A stretch of 64,000 nucleotides of DNA, from contig JAYUEN010000008.1 of assembly GCA_043739185.1 (NCBI GenBank), positions 2,750 through 66,749 of the forward strand, written 5' to 3'. A model generated the notes under the pieces. The model made no database searches. It saw only the letters and a list, made by a program, of their open reading frames with translations, and was not told the origin of the DNA. The position numbers and the translations under genes were made by a program. Positions 18,473 to 28,701 of this stretch are shown here, one piece after another; within the stretch, counting starts at the first letter, position 1, and each line of letters starts with the position of its first letter. Source of the DNA: Bdellovibrionales bacterium. Its GTDB lineage: Bacteria; Bdellovibrionota; Bdellovibrionia; Bdellovibrionales; JAMPXM01.

Positions 18473-20124
18473 GCGTCCTTCCTAATAAGCCATAGGCTAA
18501 AGGCACCGGCAGCTTTTTCTTCATCGCCTTCCATAAGAGACATAATGCGCTCTTTGAGAAGATCCGACTCTGCTTTATCTGGATCAAGAGATTCTTCTAG
18601 CACTGGCAAAGCACTCGACATTCCTGGTAGAGAGCTATCAACTGATTGCAACTCTTCTAGCTCCTCGATTGTTCGAGGCAGCATATCTTCAACATTGTCC
18701 TGAAAACTATCAGTCACCCAGCGCATAAATGGTCGCATGACCACTAAGAAGAAAAATCCGAGTGCGCCTAGGAGAAGCGTCCATTTCAAAAGCGCACTAA
18801 TTAATTTCTTACGTTCCAAAGAGTTGAGAAGCTTATCGGTTTCAGAAAAATCTTCTTTTTGAAATTGCATATTCTCGATTTTAACACTGTCACCGCGCTT
18901 TTCATCAAAGCCAATTGCGCTCTTTACTAAGGCTTCAAATTTAGCTAATTCTTCAGCTGAACGGGCGGTGTAGACCTCTTGTTCCTCACCCTTGTCATTC
19001 TTCTTCATGGTGATCGCGCCATCAACTAAAACGGCAACACTCATTTTTTGCAAACCGCCTGCCGCCTCTTTGATGTTACGAATTGTTTTAGGCACTACAT
19101 AGTTTGTGGTATTCAAACCCTTTTTGACAGTTTGATTAAATCCCACCTGACCATTGTCAGCGGCTCCAGGCAAATTAGATCTGGCCCCTGGAATTCCCGT
19201 CGGATTGGTGCGTTGACCATCTAAATTTTCTTCTTCACCTGTAGTTGACAGTACCGCTGTTTTATCGGGGTCTACACTCTCTTCAGCTGTGATAAAAGAG
19301 CGTGGATTAAGATCAGCGTTTACTTTCACGATGACTTTACCTTGACCAACAGCCTTGGTTAAAATGCTTTCAACTTTTTCTTCTAACTCGATCTGAACTT
19401 TTGCCTTCATCTCAGCTAGTTCTGATCCACCTTGAGTTCCCGGCTCATGGGCACGGGATAAAACTTTTCCTCTGGTATCAAGTACTGTTACCTTTTCGGG
19501 ATCAAGGCCTTCTACGGCATTTCCGACAAGAAAGGTAATTCCTTTGACTTGATCTTCCGTTAGGATTTTACCTGAATTTAATTCAATGACCACACTTGCT
19601 GTTGGTGAGCTGCCTTCTTCTAAAAAAGTCTTTTTCGGCGGAAGCGCAATCATCACCTTTGATTGTTTAACGGCATCAAGAGTATTGATGGCTCGGACCA
19701 ATTCTCCTTGAAGAGCTCTTTGATAATTGATCTTTTGAGCATAAGAGGTTGTACCGAAATCTTGCTTATCAAATAATTCAAGGCCCGCACCGACCGAGCC
19801 CACTTTATTATTTCCTATTTCAGTCATCAAAGACATTTGCGTAGAGGCAACCAATTCTCGTGGAATGAGAATGGTTTTGCCACCGTCTTCAATTTTAAAC
19901 GGAATATTCTTCGCCTGAAGTTTACTCATGATGGTTGAAGTCTGATCAGCAGATACATTTGCAAAAAGCGGTGCGTAGCTTGAACCAGAAACCATCAAAA
20001 CCATAACCCCAATGGCCACCACTAAGATGAGCGCTGCCGCCACAATCGAAGTTTTTTTGGTGGGCGTGAGATTGCCATAAAATGATTTGAATTGCGAAAC
20101 TAAACTTTTAAAAACATTTTGCAA
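18469..20124 (-). CDS. fliF: Flagellar MS-ring protein FliF
   Basis: Two TM helices, GLELFD..FGTT, YQRALQGEL, PTASV, GIPGARSN; TTG start. Confidence 0.95.
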   Translation of the reverse strand: MQNVFKSLVSQFKSFYGNLTPTKKTSIVAAALILVVAIGVMVLMVSGSSYAPLFANVSADQTSTIMSKLQAKNIPFKIEDGGKTILIPRELVASTQMSLMTEIGNNKVGSVGAGLELFDKQDFGTTSYAQKINYQRALQGELVRAINTLDAVKQSKVMIALPPKKTFLEEGSSPTASVVIELNSGKILTEDQVKGITFLVGNAVEGLDPEKVTVLDTRGKVLSRAHEPGTQGGSELAEMKAKVQIELEEKVESILTKAVGQGKVIVKVNADLNPRSFITAEESVDPDKTAVLSTTGEEENLDGQRTNPTGIPGARSNLPGAADNGQVGFNQTVKKGLNTTNYVVPKTIRNIKEAAGGLQKMSVAVLVDGAITMKKNDKGEEQEVYTARSAEELAKFEALVKSAIGFDEKRGDSVKIENMQFQKEDFSETDKLLNSLERKKLISALLKWTLLLGALGFFFLVVMRPFMRWVTDSFQDNVEDMLPRTIEELEELQSVDSSLPGMSSALPVLEESLDPDKAESDLLKERIMSLMEGDEEKAAGAFSLWLIRKDA

Positions 20125-20154
20125 GTGCTTTACTCCCGTAAAAAATTAAATCTA

Positions 20155-20484
20155 TCAAACCTGCATCTTCATAGTTTCTTGGTAAGCGTCGACAATTTTA
20201 TTTCGTACTTGCATCATCAAACGCAAACCAATATCTGCTTTTTCGGCCGCAATCATCACGTCTTGAATATTGTCGGTTTTTCCGGTTGCGAGTTGCTGCA
20301 TTTTGATATCTGCATCTTTTTGAAGTTGATTCACTTGTTGAATCGAATCCTTCAATGTATCTGCGAAAGATTTTCCTGAACCTGAGTTTGGTTGCAGGGC
20401 TTGGTTTTCTCCGGCACGGGTTTCACTTGTGGTTTTACCCGTATTAATTAATTGCTGTCCGGACCTAACTGTTAAACCATCCAT
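20155..20484 (-). CDS. fliE: Flagellar hook-basal body protein FliE
   Basis: SFADTLK...DVMIAAEKA...QVRNKIVDAYQETMKMQV. Confidence 0.95.
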   Translation of the reverse strand: MDGLTVRSGQQLINTGKTTSETRAGENQALQPNSGSGKSFADTLKDSIQQVNQLQKDADIKMQQLATGKTDNIQDVMIAAEKADIGLRLMMQVRNKIVDAYQETMKMQV

Positions 20485-20581
20485 GGTTTACCTCTTTCAT
20501 TTTCAGTTTATCGAAAGTCCATTCTTTTTGCGAGCTTCAGTCACCCTCAATGAGTAAATCTAGCCTCGAAAGACCTTCCCT

Positions 20582-21019
20582 TTATCTGCCAATTTCAAGC
20601 GCGGTCATGGCCATGTCTTTCGTCGAGTTCATAGCTGCCACATTAGCCTCATATGCGCGAGTTGCGGTAATTTGATTCGCCATCTCTTCCATTAGGTTAA
20701 TATTCGGGTACGCAACATAGCCATCTGGATTTGCATCGGGATGATCTGGCTCGTATTTCATAAGCGGAGCTTTGCGGTCGGAAATGACATCCGTCACTTG
20801 AACTCGATTGATATCTTTCTGTGGAGCCGAAGTGAGCAATTCGCCGAAACTTGCGGCGTCTGGCATGGCCTCAAAAACAATATCCTTTCGTCGATAAGCA
20901 CCACCTTCAGGAGTTCTGGTGGTATTGATATTGGCAATATTGCTTGAAATCGTATTCATCCTCATACGTTGAGCGGTCATGCCACTTGCACTCACCCTCA
21001 TGCCAGTTAAAAAATCCAT
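20582..21019 (-). CDS. flgC: Flagellar basal-body rod protein FlgC
   Basis: SASGMTAQRMRMNTISSNIAN; YEPDHPDA..GYVAYPNIN; RAYEAN. Confidence 0.96.
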   Translation of the reverse strand: MDFLTGMRVSASGMTAQRMRMNTISSNIANINTTRTPEGGAYRRKDIVFEAMPDAASFGELLTSAPQKDINRVQVTDVISDRKAPLMKYEPDHPDANPDGYVAYPNINLMEEMANQITATRAYEANVAAMNSTKDMAMTALEIGR

Positions 21020-21438
21020 TATCTACCACCCTCTCCGGCAGCGTACTTTAAAGCAGCTAACTTTTTATTGATGAGTTGAATGGCCGCCTTGTAAAGCAGG
21101 GAGTTTTCAGCAAGTGTCGACATTTCTTTTTCGAGGTCAACCGTATTGCCATCATTATTTATATTCGCATCTGGATTATCGTAGGTATCAGCTTTCACAT
21201 TGGCCAGAGAGCCAGCACCACCCATATAATGGCGCTCATTTGAAGTCTTCATGTTTCCGACGCCCTCTAATTCGAGCGCACGGCTCAAGGCTTGTTCAAA
21301 ATCTAGTTTTTTTGCAGTATAACCCGGAGTCTCTGCATTGGCGATATTAGCCGTGACAACATTTTGTCTCAGAGATCTCAAATCTGCCGAAGCCGCGAGG
21401 GCCCGCGTCGTTTTGTCTAGTAGATCAGCCATATCCAC
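21019..21438 (-). CDS. flgB: Flagellar basal-body rod protein FlgB
   Basis: RQNVVTANIANAETPGY; DGNTVDLEKEM. Confidence 0.95.
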   Translation of the reverse strand: MDMADLLDKTTRALAASADLRSLRQNVVTANIANAETPGYTAKKLDFEQALSRALELEGVGNMKTSNERHYMGGAGSLANVKADTYDNPDANINNDGNTVDLEKEMSTLAENSLLYKAAIQLINKKLAALKYAAGEGGR

Positions 21439-22450
21439 CTCGATTCGTTAATACGAGTTCTTCATTTTTCTCAATTGGCAGTTCGGATTCAAGAGCGGCC
21501 ACCGGCAGAGCCAATTGATATTCATGAAGCTTGTTTCGGAGAGTGCGAATACTGATATCTAAAATATGAGCCGCTCGCGTGCGATTCTGCCCCGTGTGTT
21601 CTAGGGTTTTCAAAATCAACTGCTTTTCAGCTTCAGCTAAAGTGATACCAGGAATAAAATCAAGAGTGCTCTGCTTACCTTCTTCAAAGCCATTGATGTG
21701 AATTTCTTCAGGAGAAATTATATGAGATTGGCTGAGCAATACCGAACGTTCAATGACATTTTCAAGCTCACGGATATTTCCGGGCCAACTCCAAGAAATT
21801 AGTTTTTGTAGACTTTCAATCGATAAAGCTTTGTTCTCTTTGTTATTGAGAATGCTTGAAACTCCTAAGAAAAATTTTGCGAGCAACTCAATATCGCGTT
21901 TGCGATTTTTAAGTGAAGGAATCGTCAAAGGAATAACATTGAGCCGATAATAAAGATCTGCTCTAAATTCTCCGCGTTGTACCATTTCGGTTAAATTGCG
22001 ATTGGTTGTTGCGATCAGCCTTACATTAATCTTTTGCGGCTGTTTTGCTCCCAGTCTTTCAACTTCGCCCTCTTGAATGACCCGCAGTAATTTGGCCTGA
22101 AGCAAAATCGGCATTTCAGTAATTTCATCTAGCAAAAAAGTACTGTTATGAGCCATTTCAAATTTGCCCGGCTTTGAGTTTGCCGCACCTGTAAAAGCTC
22201 CTTTTTCGTAGCCAAAGAGTTCACTTTCTAAAAGTGTTTCGGGCACTGCTGCGCAATTGACAGCCACAAAGCGATTCTTACCGCGCGGGCTGCGCTGGTG
22301 AATAAATTTTGCGAGAAGTTCTTTTCCGGTCCCACTTTCGCCGCAAATAAGTACACTCGCTCGGCTCGGAGCAATATTGCTCGCAAGTAAAAGTACCCGC
22401 TTCATTTCAGGATCTTGCGTAATAATGTCTCCGAATTCCTTCTCTGCCAT
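21425..22450 (-). CDS. Sigma54-dependent activator (AAA+ plus Fis HTH) with no N-terminal regulatory domain
   Basis: GESGTGKE, ESELFGYEKGAFTGA, FRADLYYRLNV, WPGNIREL, NRTRAAHILDISIRTL; the AAA+ domain begins near residue 6. Confidence 0.93.
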   Translation of the reverse strand: MAEKEFGDIITQDPEMKRVLLLASNIAPSRASVLICGESGTGKELLAKFIHQRSPRGKNRFVAVNCAAVPETLLESELFGYEKGAFTGAANSKPGKFEMAHNSTFLLDEITEMPILLQAKLLRVIQEGEVERLGAKQPQKINVRLIATTNRNLTEMVQRGEFRADLYYRLNVIPLTIPSLKNRKRDIELLAKFFLGVSSILNNKENKALSIESLQKLISWSWPGNIRELENVIERSVLLSQSHIISPEEIHINGFEEGKQSTLDFIPGITLAEAEKQLILKTLEHTGQNRTRAAHILDISIRTLRNKLHEYQLALPVAALESELPIEKNEELVLTNRGGYG

Positions 22451-22477
22451 TTCGACTCCGTAGTCTTTGTCACATCT

Positions 22478-25459
22478 CTATTGACGTGAATTCTTTGTAC
22501 TTGTATCTGCCATTGCCGGTATGCGATCGATATACTTTTTGTACTCGGCCTTCCATTTCGAACTGGTCATTTTTTCAGAGGCAAGCCGAAACCAAGTTGA
22601 ATTCTTATCATTTTTATCACCTTGCAATTTGCCCCAAGTATTTTGCGCCTCATTTAAATCACCTAAATCAAATTGAATTTGTCCGAGTCGATAGCGAATC
22701 GAACTCATGCTGCGCTTGGATTCAAATTGCGCAAGCAACTCCTGATAAGATTTGATTGCTTCTCGCTTTTTTCCTCTAGCCAATTCAATGTCGCCCTTTA
22801 GCTCAAGCGTCTTAGCTAGAGTTTCTTCAGGCACCAAAGCCGTATCACTTTGTAAATTAGTAATTTTAATTAAATTGGTTTCGGCTGCGGCTGAATTTCC
22901 AGCCTGAAATTGCAATTGGGCGAGTCGCAAAAAGAGTGGGGCCACAGAAATTGGTTGGCCCTTCCAAGTATCAATTAGACTTTGCAAAAACTTTTTAGCA
23001 TTGTTGAGATCGCCACGGGCCTCAAAAACATCTGACGAAATTTGCGCTCTTTCAATTTGTTCGTCCTCAGTTAATTTGTCTGGGGCTTTGATTTCCTTTA
23101 AGTAGTCGAAGGCTTTTGAGAATTCTTTGCTTTGGCTAGATACCGCCGCCAAACGCAAATTGACTGCATCTGTGGTCGGAAGAATTTCAAATACACTGCG
23201 CTCTTTCTCAATTTTTGTTCCTTGCAGAGCATATATTTTATTGAGGGTAGACCGATAAATGCGATCCGATTCATTTATGACCCCGGCTTGCTCGTAGGCC
23301 CGCCCAACATAAAATTCAGTATCGATCCGGCCGGTATTATTGAGCCAATTATTGGCAAAGTGCCCATAAACTTTAAGCGCCTCCAAAAAGTTTTTCTGTT
23401 CTGCATCTCGACGAATGCTCGATGTGATATTTCTCTCGATTCGGGCTTTGTATTTATCGCGGTTCTTGGCAATCGGATTATTTTGATAAAAATGAACCAA
23501 TTCACTGGTTGCCTTCATAAATTCACCACGGCCATAGTAGCCATCGGCAATCAAAAAGGTCGAGAATTCATCGAGCCCTGGTATATCGACGTCTTTATTA
23601 ATTTTTGCAATAACTTCGAGCGAGTTTTTGAGTTCCTTATCCTTCATTTCAAAAATTCGATCGGTAATCAAACGAACTTTTGCAAGGTCTCCTCCTGGAG
23701 TGGTTTTATATCTAAAATTACTCTCTAAATAGGCCCCGCGAACTCTCTTCGGATCAGCCCCAAGGATATTGAGAATCTCCCCTATTCGAGTCATGGCATA
23801 ACCGCCAAATTCGCTCATCGGAAATTTTTGTAAAAATTCCCTGAATGAATTGAGGCTTTCGCGGTATTCGCCAAGCCAAAAACGGGACTCCGCGGAGTTG
23901 TAATAGGCATTTGGATAGGCCATCCAGTCTTTGGCAAATTTTGTCTGTGCACTTCTATATTCAGATACCGCTCTTTTGTAGTCGCCGACTTGAAAATAAA
24001 TGTCGCCCTTGTAATAGGCAGCGGTCATTACATCTTTTTTCTCATCGGCATTTTTTTCAACATCGTCTAATATTTTATAAGCATCATCTAGCCTGCTTAA
24101 ATTTTGAAAAGCTCTGGCTTCGGCAATACGAACTTGCGCGGTTAACTTCTTATTATCAAAATTCTTGTCTTCATGTTTTAAATTTAGAAAACGCTGAAAA
24201 GCCTGAATTGCAGCAAGGCTATCACCTTGTTCAAGATAGGAATATGCAACATAGAGATTGGTTCTTGCCGCAAGTGGTGAATCTTTGAATTTTTCACTGG
24301 CACCGCGATACATGGCCATTGAGGTATCAAAATCATTGGGACTTTTGCTCGCTTCCCAAAATTTATGATAGGTATCACCCATCGTATATCTGATAATTTC
24401 TTCGTAGCGAGAGTCAGGATATTCTTTTAAAAAATCTTTGGCCGTTTTTAAAAAGATTGCATAGCGCCCTTTTTCAAAAAGACTCACTAAGAGCTTTGCC
24501 TCATCATGTTCTCTTTTTAACTTGAGCTTTTTAGAATCGTTTTCATCGAGTGGCAATATTTTGTAAATGGGTGGCGCTTTTGCCAATTCATCAAGTTCAG
24601 GCGTTCCGATCTTTAACATCGGAAAGTGAAGGTAAATATTCGCACGACTGGCAATGATCGCATTTTCTTTGATTTCATAGTCTTGCATCGCAAATCTTTT
24701 GAACTCCGGATCGCCGCCGTCAAAAGCCCCCTGATTCAAAACGCCAGATGCGGCCACATCTTTCGGAGATTCGAAATCGGGATTTAAAAGTAGAGCGTCG
24801 GAGCTAGGCTTACGAAAGCCCTTTGTATTTTGGGTGAGGTAGTCAATTTGAGTTGATGCTTTTTGCAGACTCTTTGCAGGCCAATTATCGGCGGCATTTT
24901 TAGAATCCTCTTCGATCTCCTTCGTTCCCTCATCGTTGGCGCCAGTCTCATCGACAACCCCTTCGGAGTGAGCTTTTATTTTGAGAACTGTTTTGTCTTT
25001 TGTTTTTGGTTTTGGGTTTTTATCTTTGATATTTGATTTGCTCGACTCTTTTTGAAAGATATCTACAACCCAACGACTTGGTTGGTCGCTCATATAATCA
25101 AAAGCGTCTAAATCAGATTTTTTAAGATAAATTTTAATTTCGCTTAATTCGTTTACGCCGTTTGGATTTACAATTACCTTTTCAATGAGTTCGTCTTTGT
25201 AAGTTCTAAGAAGTAATTTTGCGTTTTCACTCAGACTTTTAGATTCTAAAACTAAAAGCGGCTTATTGGATTCAACTTGTCTCTTGATTTCATACTTTGA
25301 ATTGCCAAGCCCAGTTAGTTCGAGGTGAGTGGCATCACCAATGCGACTGATACTTGCATTGACTAGAGTTTCTTCTGCGAAAGCGAAAACCGAAATTAAG
25401 AGCAATACTAGGCTTAGTGCTAGAGAAAATTTGAATTTTGAAAATGCTTTATTTGACAC
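22478..25459 (-). CDS. Large exported TPR protein heading the flagellar basal-body operon
   Basis: Signal peptide (..SVFAFA-EE), N-terminal beta-rich domain, many TPR-like repeats; GTG start. Confidence 0.85.
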   Translation of the reverse strand: MSNKAFSKFKFSLALSLVLLLISVFAFAEETLVNASISRIGDATHLELTGLGNSKYEIKRQVESNKPLLVLESKSLSENAKLLLRTYKDELIEKVIVNPNGVNELSEIKIYLKKSDLDAFDYMSDQPSRWVVDIFQKESSKSNIKDKNPKPKTKDKTVLKIKAHSEGVVDETGANDEGTKEIEEDSKNAADNWPAKSLQKASTQIDYLTQNTKGFRKPSSDALLLNPDFESPKDVAASGVLNQGAFDGGDPEFKRFAMQDYEIKENAIIASRANIYLHFPMLKIGTPELDELAKAPPIYKILPLDENDSKKLKLKREHDEAKLLVSLFEKGRYAIFLKTAKDFLKEYPDSRYEEIIRYTMGDTYHKFWEASKSPNDFDTSMAMYRGASEKFKDSPLAARTNLYVAYSYLEQGDSLAAIQAFQRFLNLKHEDKNFDNKKLTAQVRIAEARAFQNLSRLDDAYKILDDVEKNADEKKDVMTAAYYKGDIYFQVGDYKRAVSEYRSAQTKFAKDWMAYPNAYYNSAESRFWLGEYRESLNSFREFLQKFPMSEFGGYAMTRIGEILNILGADPKRVRGAYLESNFRYKTTPGGDLAKVRLITDRIFEMKDKELKNSLEVIAKINKDVDIPGLDEFSTFLIADGYYGRGEFMKATSELVHFYQNNPIAKNRDKYKARIERNITSSIRRDAEQKNFLEALKVYGHFANNWLNNTGRIDTEFYVGRAYEQAGVINESDRIYRSTLNKIYALQGTKIEKERSVFEILPTTDAVNLRLAAVSSQSKEFSKAFDYLKEIKAPDKLTEDEQIERAQISSDVFEARGDLNNAKKFLQSLIDTWKGQPISVAPLFLRLAQLQFQAGNSAAAETNLIKITNLQSDTALVPEETLAKTLELKGDIELARGKKREAIKSYQELLAQFESKRSMSSIRYRLGQIQFDLGDLNEAQNTWGKLQGDKNDKNSTWFRLASEKMTSSKWKAEYKKYIDRIPAMADTSTKNSRQ

Positions 25460-25484
25460 GTGTATCCTCTAGAGACTTGAGAAT

Positions 25485-25500
25485 AGCATTTGTGATGCCA
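25485..25500 (-). promoter_or_regulatory. Sigma54 -24/-12 promoter of the TPR-activator-flgB operon
   Basis: TGGCAT-CACAA-ATGCT, GG-N10-GC spacing, about 25 bp upstream of the start. Confidence 0.75.
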
Positions 25501-25736
25501 ATTGAATTTCACCGATGATATTGAATTCTAATGCCCTAATTCATTCCGTTGCGAAGTTACACTGACTAAAGTAGGGAGAAAGCATCCCGCTCACGACAAT
25601 TTCATGACGCTTGCAAATTTTATTTTGACGTATTCTGACTCGACTTCAGATTAGAAAATGCTTGAATCATTTCAATCTGATACGAAACAGCCGATAGATA
25701 TTTTGCACCTTAGATTGCTTCATGGATGAGCTTTAA

Positions 25737-26243
25737 ATGAAAACTTCAAAAACATCACTTATATTTTTTCTTTGCGCGAGCTTGTTGCCACCAATATTTT
25801 CAGGCTGCTTGTCCGTAAGTCTCACACCCAAAATTAGTAAGGCCGATGATGTTCAGTTCACTCAGCCGAATGGACGATTTGAGAAAATCAAATCACAAGG
25901 AGCGGATGAAGCCTGGCAAGATAAAAAATTTGGAAATTCTATTTCCTTTTTATCGGCCTGCAATGACCCCGCTGATCCAAGCCTTGAAAGCATTGAAAAA
26001 GATATGCTCACTTCTTTTGATTCTGCAAAACTCCTCAATACTTCCTTAGCATTTTTTGATGGAAGGGAGAGTCGCAAATCGCAGGCTCAGGGATCTATCG
26101 ATGGAATTCAAACCACTCTCGAAATCCTAACCTTTAAGAAAAACAACTGCACCTATAGTATTAGTTATGTTGCGGTTTCTAAAAACTTTGAGTTGGACTT
26201 GCCGATTTTTCACAAATTTTTAGAAAGCTTCAAAGCGCCATGA
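25737..26243 (+). CDS. Putative lipoprotein preceding mlaEFD
   Basis: Lipobox FSG-C; PsbP/DcrB-like beta-rich pattern; ATGA overlap with mlaE. Confidence 0.7.
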   Translation: MKTSKTSLIFFLCASLLPPIFSGCLSVSLTPKISKADDVQFTQPNGRFEKIKSQGADEAWQDKKFGNSISFLSACNDPADPSLESIEKDMLTSFDSAKLLNTSLAFFDGRESRKSQAQGSIDGIQTTLEILTFKKNNCTYSISYVAVSKNFELDLPIFHKFLESFKAP

Positions 26244-27070
26244 AATCTCAATTTGCTAAAAATCAAGTATTAGCTGATTCCGTTGTAAAAGCCATTTTAG
26301 GTTCAATTGGAGCCAGGATACTTGAAATTCTAAATATGCTGGGCGGCGTTTCGGTCATGTTTAAACAGGTGCTCAAAGAGGCATTTGTCGCACCATTTTA
26401 TCCGCGCCTAATCGTCGAACAAATTTATTTCGTCGGCATTCGCTCGATGAGTATCGTATTTGTTACAGCGATAAGCACCGGAATGGTCATGGCTCTGCAA
26501 TTTGGAATTGGTTTAGAGAAGTTTGGCGGAAAACTTTATGTCCCAAAGATCGTGTCACTCTCTATTATCCGTGAGGTCGGGCCGGTGTTTTGCTCCCTGA
26601 TGCTCGCAGCACGCGTGGGCGCGGGCATCGCCAGCGAAATTGCCTCAATGGTGGTGACTCAGCAGGTGGATGCTATTCGCGCGCTCGGAACTTCGCCAAT
26701 AAAGAAAATTGTCATACCACGAATTTTGGCTTGCCTCATCGCCCTCCCAATGTTGAGCGGAATTGGAAATATTATTGGCGTGGCTGGTGGCTTAATCGTG
26801 GGTCAAAATGAACTCGCAATTGATGCAGGCTTTTACTATGAAAAAATATTTCAAACCGTCAATATCATGGACTATATGACTGGCATAATGAAGACCTTTT
26901 TTTTCGCATTTTTTCTTTCTGTTGTTTCTTGCTATTTCGGGCTCAGCGTGAAGGGCGGAACTCAAGGCGTCGGGATTGCGACAACAAAAGCGGTTGTCAC
27001 TTCTTCAATCATGATTTTAGTAAGCGACTTTTTCTTAACGAAATTGTTTTTTGTATTGTTTGAATCCTAG
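26240..27070 (+). CDS. mlaE: MlaE family ABC permease
   Basis: REVGPV, ARVGAGIASEIASM, QVDAIRALG, GVGIATTKAVV. Confidence 0.93.
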   Translation: MKSQFAKNQVLADSVVKAILGSIGARILEILNMLGGVSVMFKQVLKEAFVAPFYPRLIVEQIYFVGIRSMSIVFVTAISTGMVMALQFGIGLEKFGGKLYVPKIVSLSIIREVGPVFCSLMLAARVGAGIASEIASMVVTQQVDAIRALGTSPIKKIVIPRILACLIALPMLSGIGNIIGVAGGLIVGQNELAIDAGFYYEKIFQTVNIMDYMTGIMKTFFFAFFLSVVSCYFGLSVKGGTQGVGIATTKAVVTSSIMILVSDFFLTKLFFVLFES

Positions 27071-27081
27071 CGAGGCTTTAA

Positions 27082-27870
27082 TTGCAAAATGAAATTGTAG
27101 TCGATATTCAAAAATTTCAGAAGAGTTTTGGCACAAGAGTGATTCATCGCTCGGTTGATCTGCAAATCAAACGCGGAGAATGCCTTGGACTTTTAGGCGG
27201 ATCAGGCGCCGGCAAAAGCGTGATTTTACGTAGCATGATAGGCTTAGAAAAACCCGACTCAGGCAAGATAATCGTCGATAAAGTCGATATCACCCAGTTA
27301 AATGAAAGAGATTTGATTCCGGTGCGAAAAAAAATTGCCTACGTCTTTCAGGGCGGAGCCCTTTTTGATTCAATGTCGGTTTTCGATAATCTCGCCTACC
27401 CACTTAGAGAACATACTCAACTAAACCCCTCAGAAATCAGTGAACGCATTCTGAAGCTCTTAAAGACTTTTGGACTTGAAGGTAGCGAACAACTTCTCCC
27501 GGCCAATCTGTCAGGCGGTATGCAAAAACGAGTAGGACTTGCACGCGCCATAATTCTCGAGCCCGAAGTTGTTTTGTATGACGAACCCACCGCAGGCCTT
27601 GATCCCTACAATACCAAACGCATTCAGGAAATGATTTTGAAGTTAAAATCTCAAGGCGTAACATCCATGTTGGTAACTCACGATATGCCCACTGCCTTTG
27701 CCGTATGCGACCGCATTGCACTTTTGTTAGATGGGAGCATTTATGCAGTTTTACCAACTAAACAATTGGCAGAAACTTATGGCTTAGATTCCGACAATTC
27801 GAATGGAGAAAATCAGGCCGTTGCTCAATTTGCGCGAATGACTCTTTTTATAAATGGAGATGAAGCCTAA
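27082..27870 (+). CDS. mlaF: MlaF family ABC ATPase
   Basis: GGSGAGKS, FQGGALFDSM, LSGGMQKRVGLARA, YDEPTAGLDP. Confidence 0.92.
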   Translation: MQNEIVVDIQKFQKSFGTRVIHRSVDLQIKRGECLGLLGGSGAGKSVILRSMIGLEKPDSGKIIVDKVDITQLNERDLIPVRKKIAYVFQGGALFDSMSVFDNLAYPLREHTQLNPSEISERILKLLKTFGLEGSEQLLPANLSGGMQKRVGLARAIILEPEVVLYDEPTAGLDPYNTKRIQEMILKLKSQGVTSMLVTHDMPTAFAVCDRIALLLDGSIYAVLPTKQLAETYGLDSDNSNGENQAVAQFARMTLFINGDEA

Positions 27871-28688
27871 TGGAACAAAGTGCAAAGAAGTTTGAATACA
27901 AAGTAGGAGCTTTTGTTGCCTTTGGTCTATTTGCTATTATGGCTTCGATTTTAGCTCTCGGTGGGAAGAGCATGGTCTTGACTCGCTACTCATACTATAC
28001 AACCGAATTCAGTGAAGTCTCCGGTCTATTCGTTGGTAGTGTCATTTCTCTTCAAGGCTTACCGATTGGTAATGTGAAATCCATAAGCTTTTCTCAAAAA
28101 GCAAATCGCTTAAGTATTTACTTAGCCGTCGACTCCAAATTTGCCGACAGAATTAAAAAAGGGACATCTGCAGAAATTCGCACTCAGGGCGCACTTGGCG
28201 ATAAATATATATTTTTAAATCCGGGTGACCCAACTGCTGAAACAATGGCAAGCGGCACCAACATCGAATCAACTGAGTCCGGAGACATCTTGAAGATGAT
28301 AACCGATAAAGATCAAGGCATCTCTCAGGTTTTTGAACTTCTCAAAGAAATGCGAATCTTGGTAGCATCCCTCAATAGCCAAGGTCGGCCCGCCAAATTA
28401 ATTGAAAATATGACCGACTCGACCGCACAACTAAAAGTCACTTTGAAAACTCTAGATGGCCTTTTAAAAGACCTTCACGGTGAGATTCCTAAAAACCAAA
28501 AATTAAATCAGGCCGTCAATGACCTTGCCAGCATCATGCAGAAAATCGACAAGGGCCAAGGTACTCTAGGCGCGCTCATCAATGATCCGAGCCTTCATCA
28601 AAGTTTAAAAAGCTTACTGGGCGGATCGCAGCGCCAGTCCTATATCAAAAATGTACTGAAAGAGACCATCCAAAAAAGCAAAGACTGA
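27870..28688 (+). CDS. mlaD: MlaD/MCE family protein
   Basis: KVGAFV TM anchor, GL..GS.I...G..IG.V, TQGALGDKYI, coiled coil, GTLGALIND. Confidence 0.88.
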   Translation: MEQSAKKFEYKVGAFVAFGLFAIMASILALGGKSMVLTRYSYYTTEFSEVSGLFVGSVISLQGLPIGNVKSISFSQKANRLSIYLAVDSKFADRIKKGTSAEIRTQGALGDKYIFLNPGDPTAETMASGTNIESTESGDILKMITDKDQGISQVFELLKEMRILVASLNSQGRPAKLIENMTDSTAQLKVTLKTLDGLLKDLHGEIPKNQKLNQAVNDLASIMQKIDKGQGTLGALINDPSLHQSLKSLLGGSQRQSYIKNVLKETIQKSKD

Positions 28689-28701
28689 GTTTCAAAGAGT
28701 C

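Noticed and set aside
23132-24378. Long antisense or alternative-frame ORFs inside the TPR gene, and similar shadow ORFs throughout the track
   Set aside because: They fully overlap confident genes and have no SD or recognisable motifs.
25672-25697. TCAA-N14-GCCGATAG sigma28-like promoter upstream of the mla operon
   Set aside because: Good -10, but the spacer is short and -35 weak; not enough to call without TSS data.
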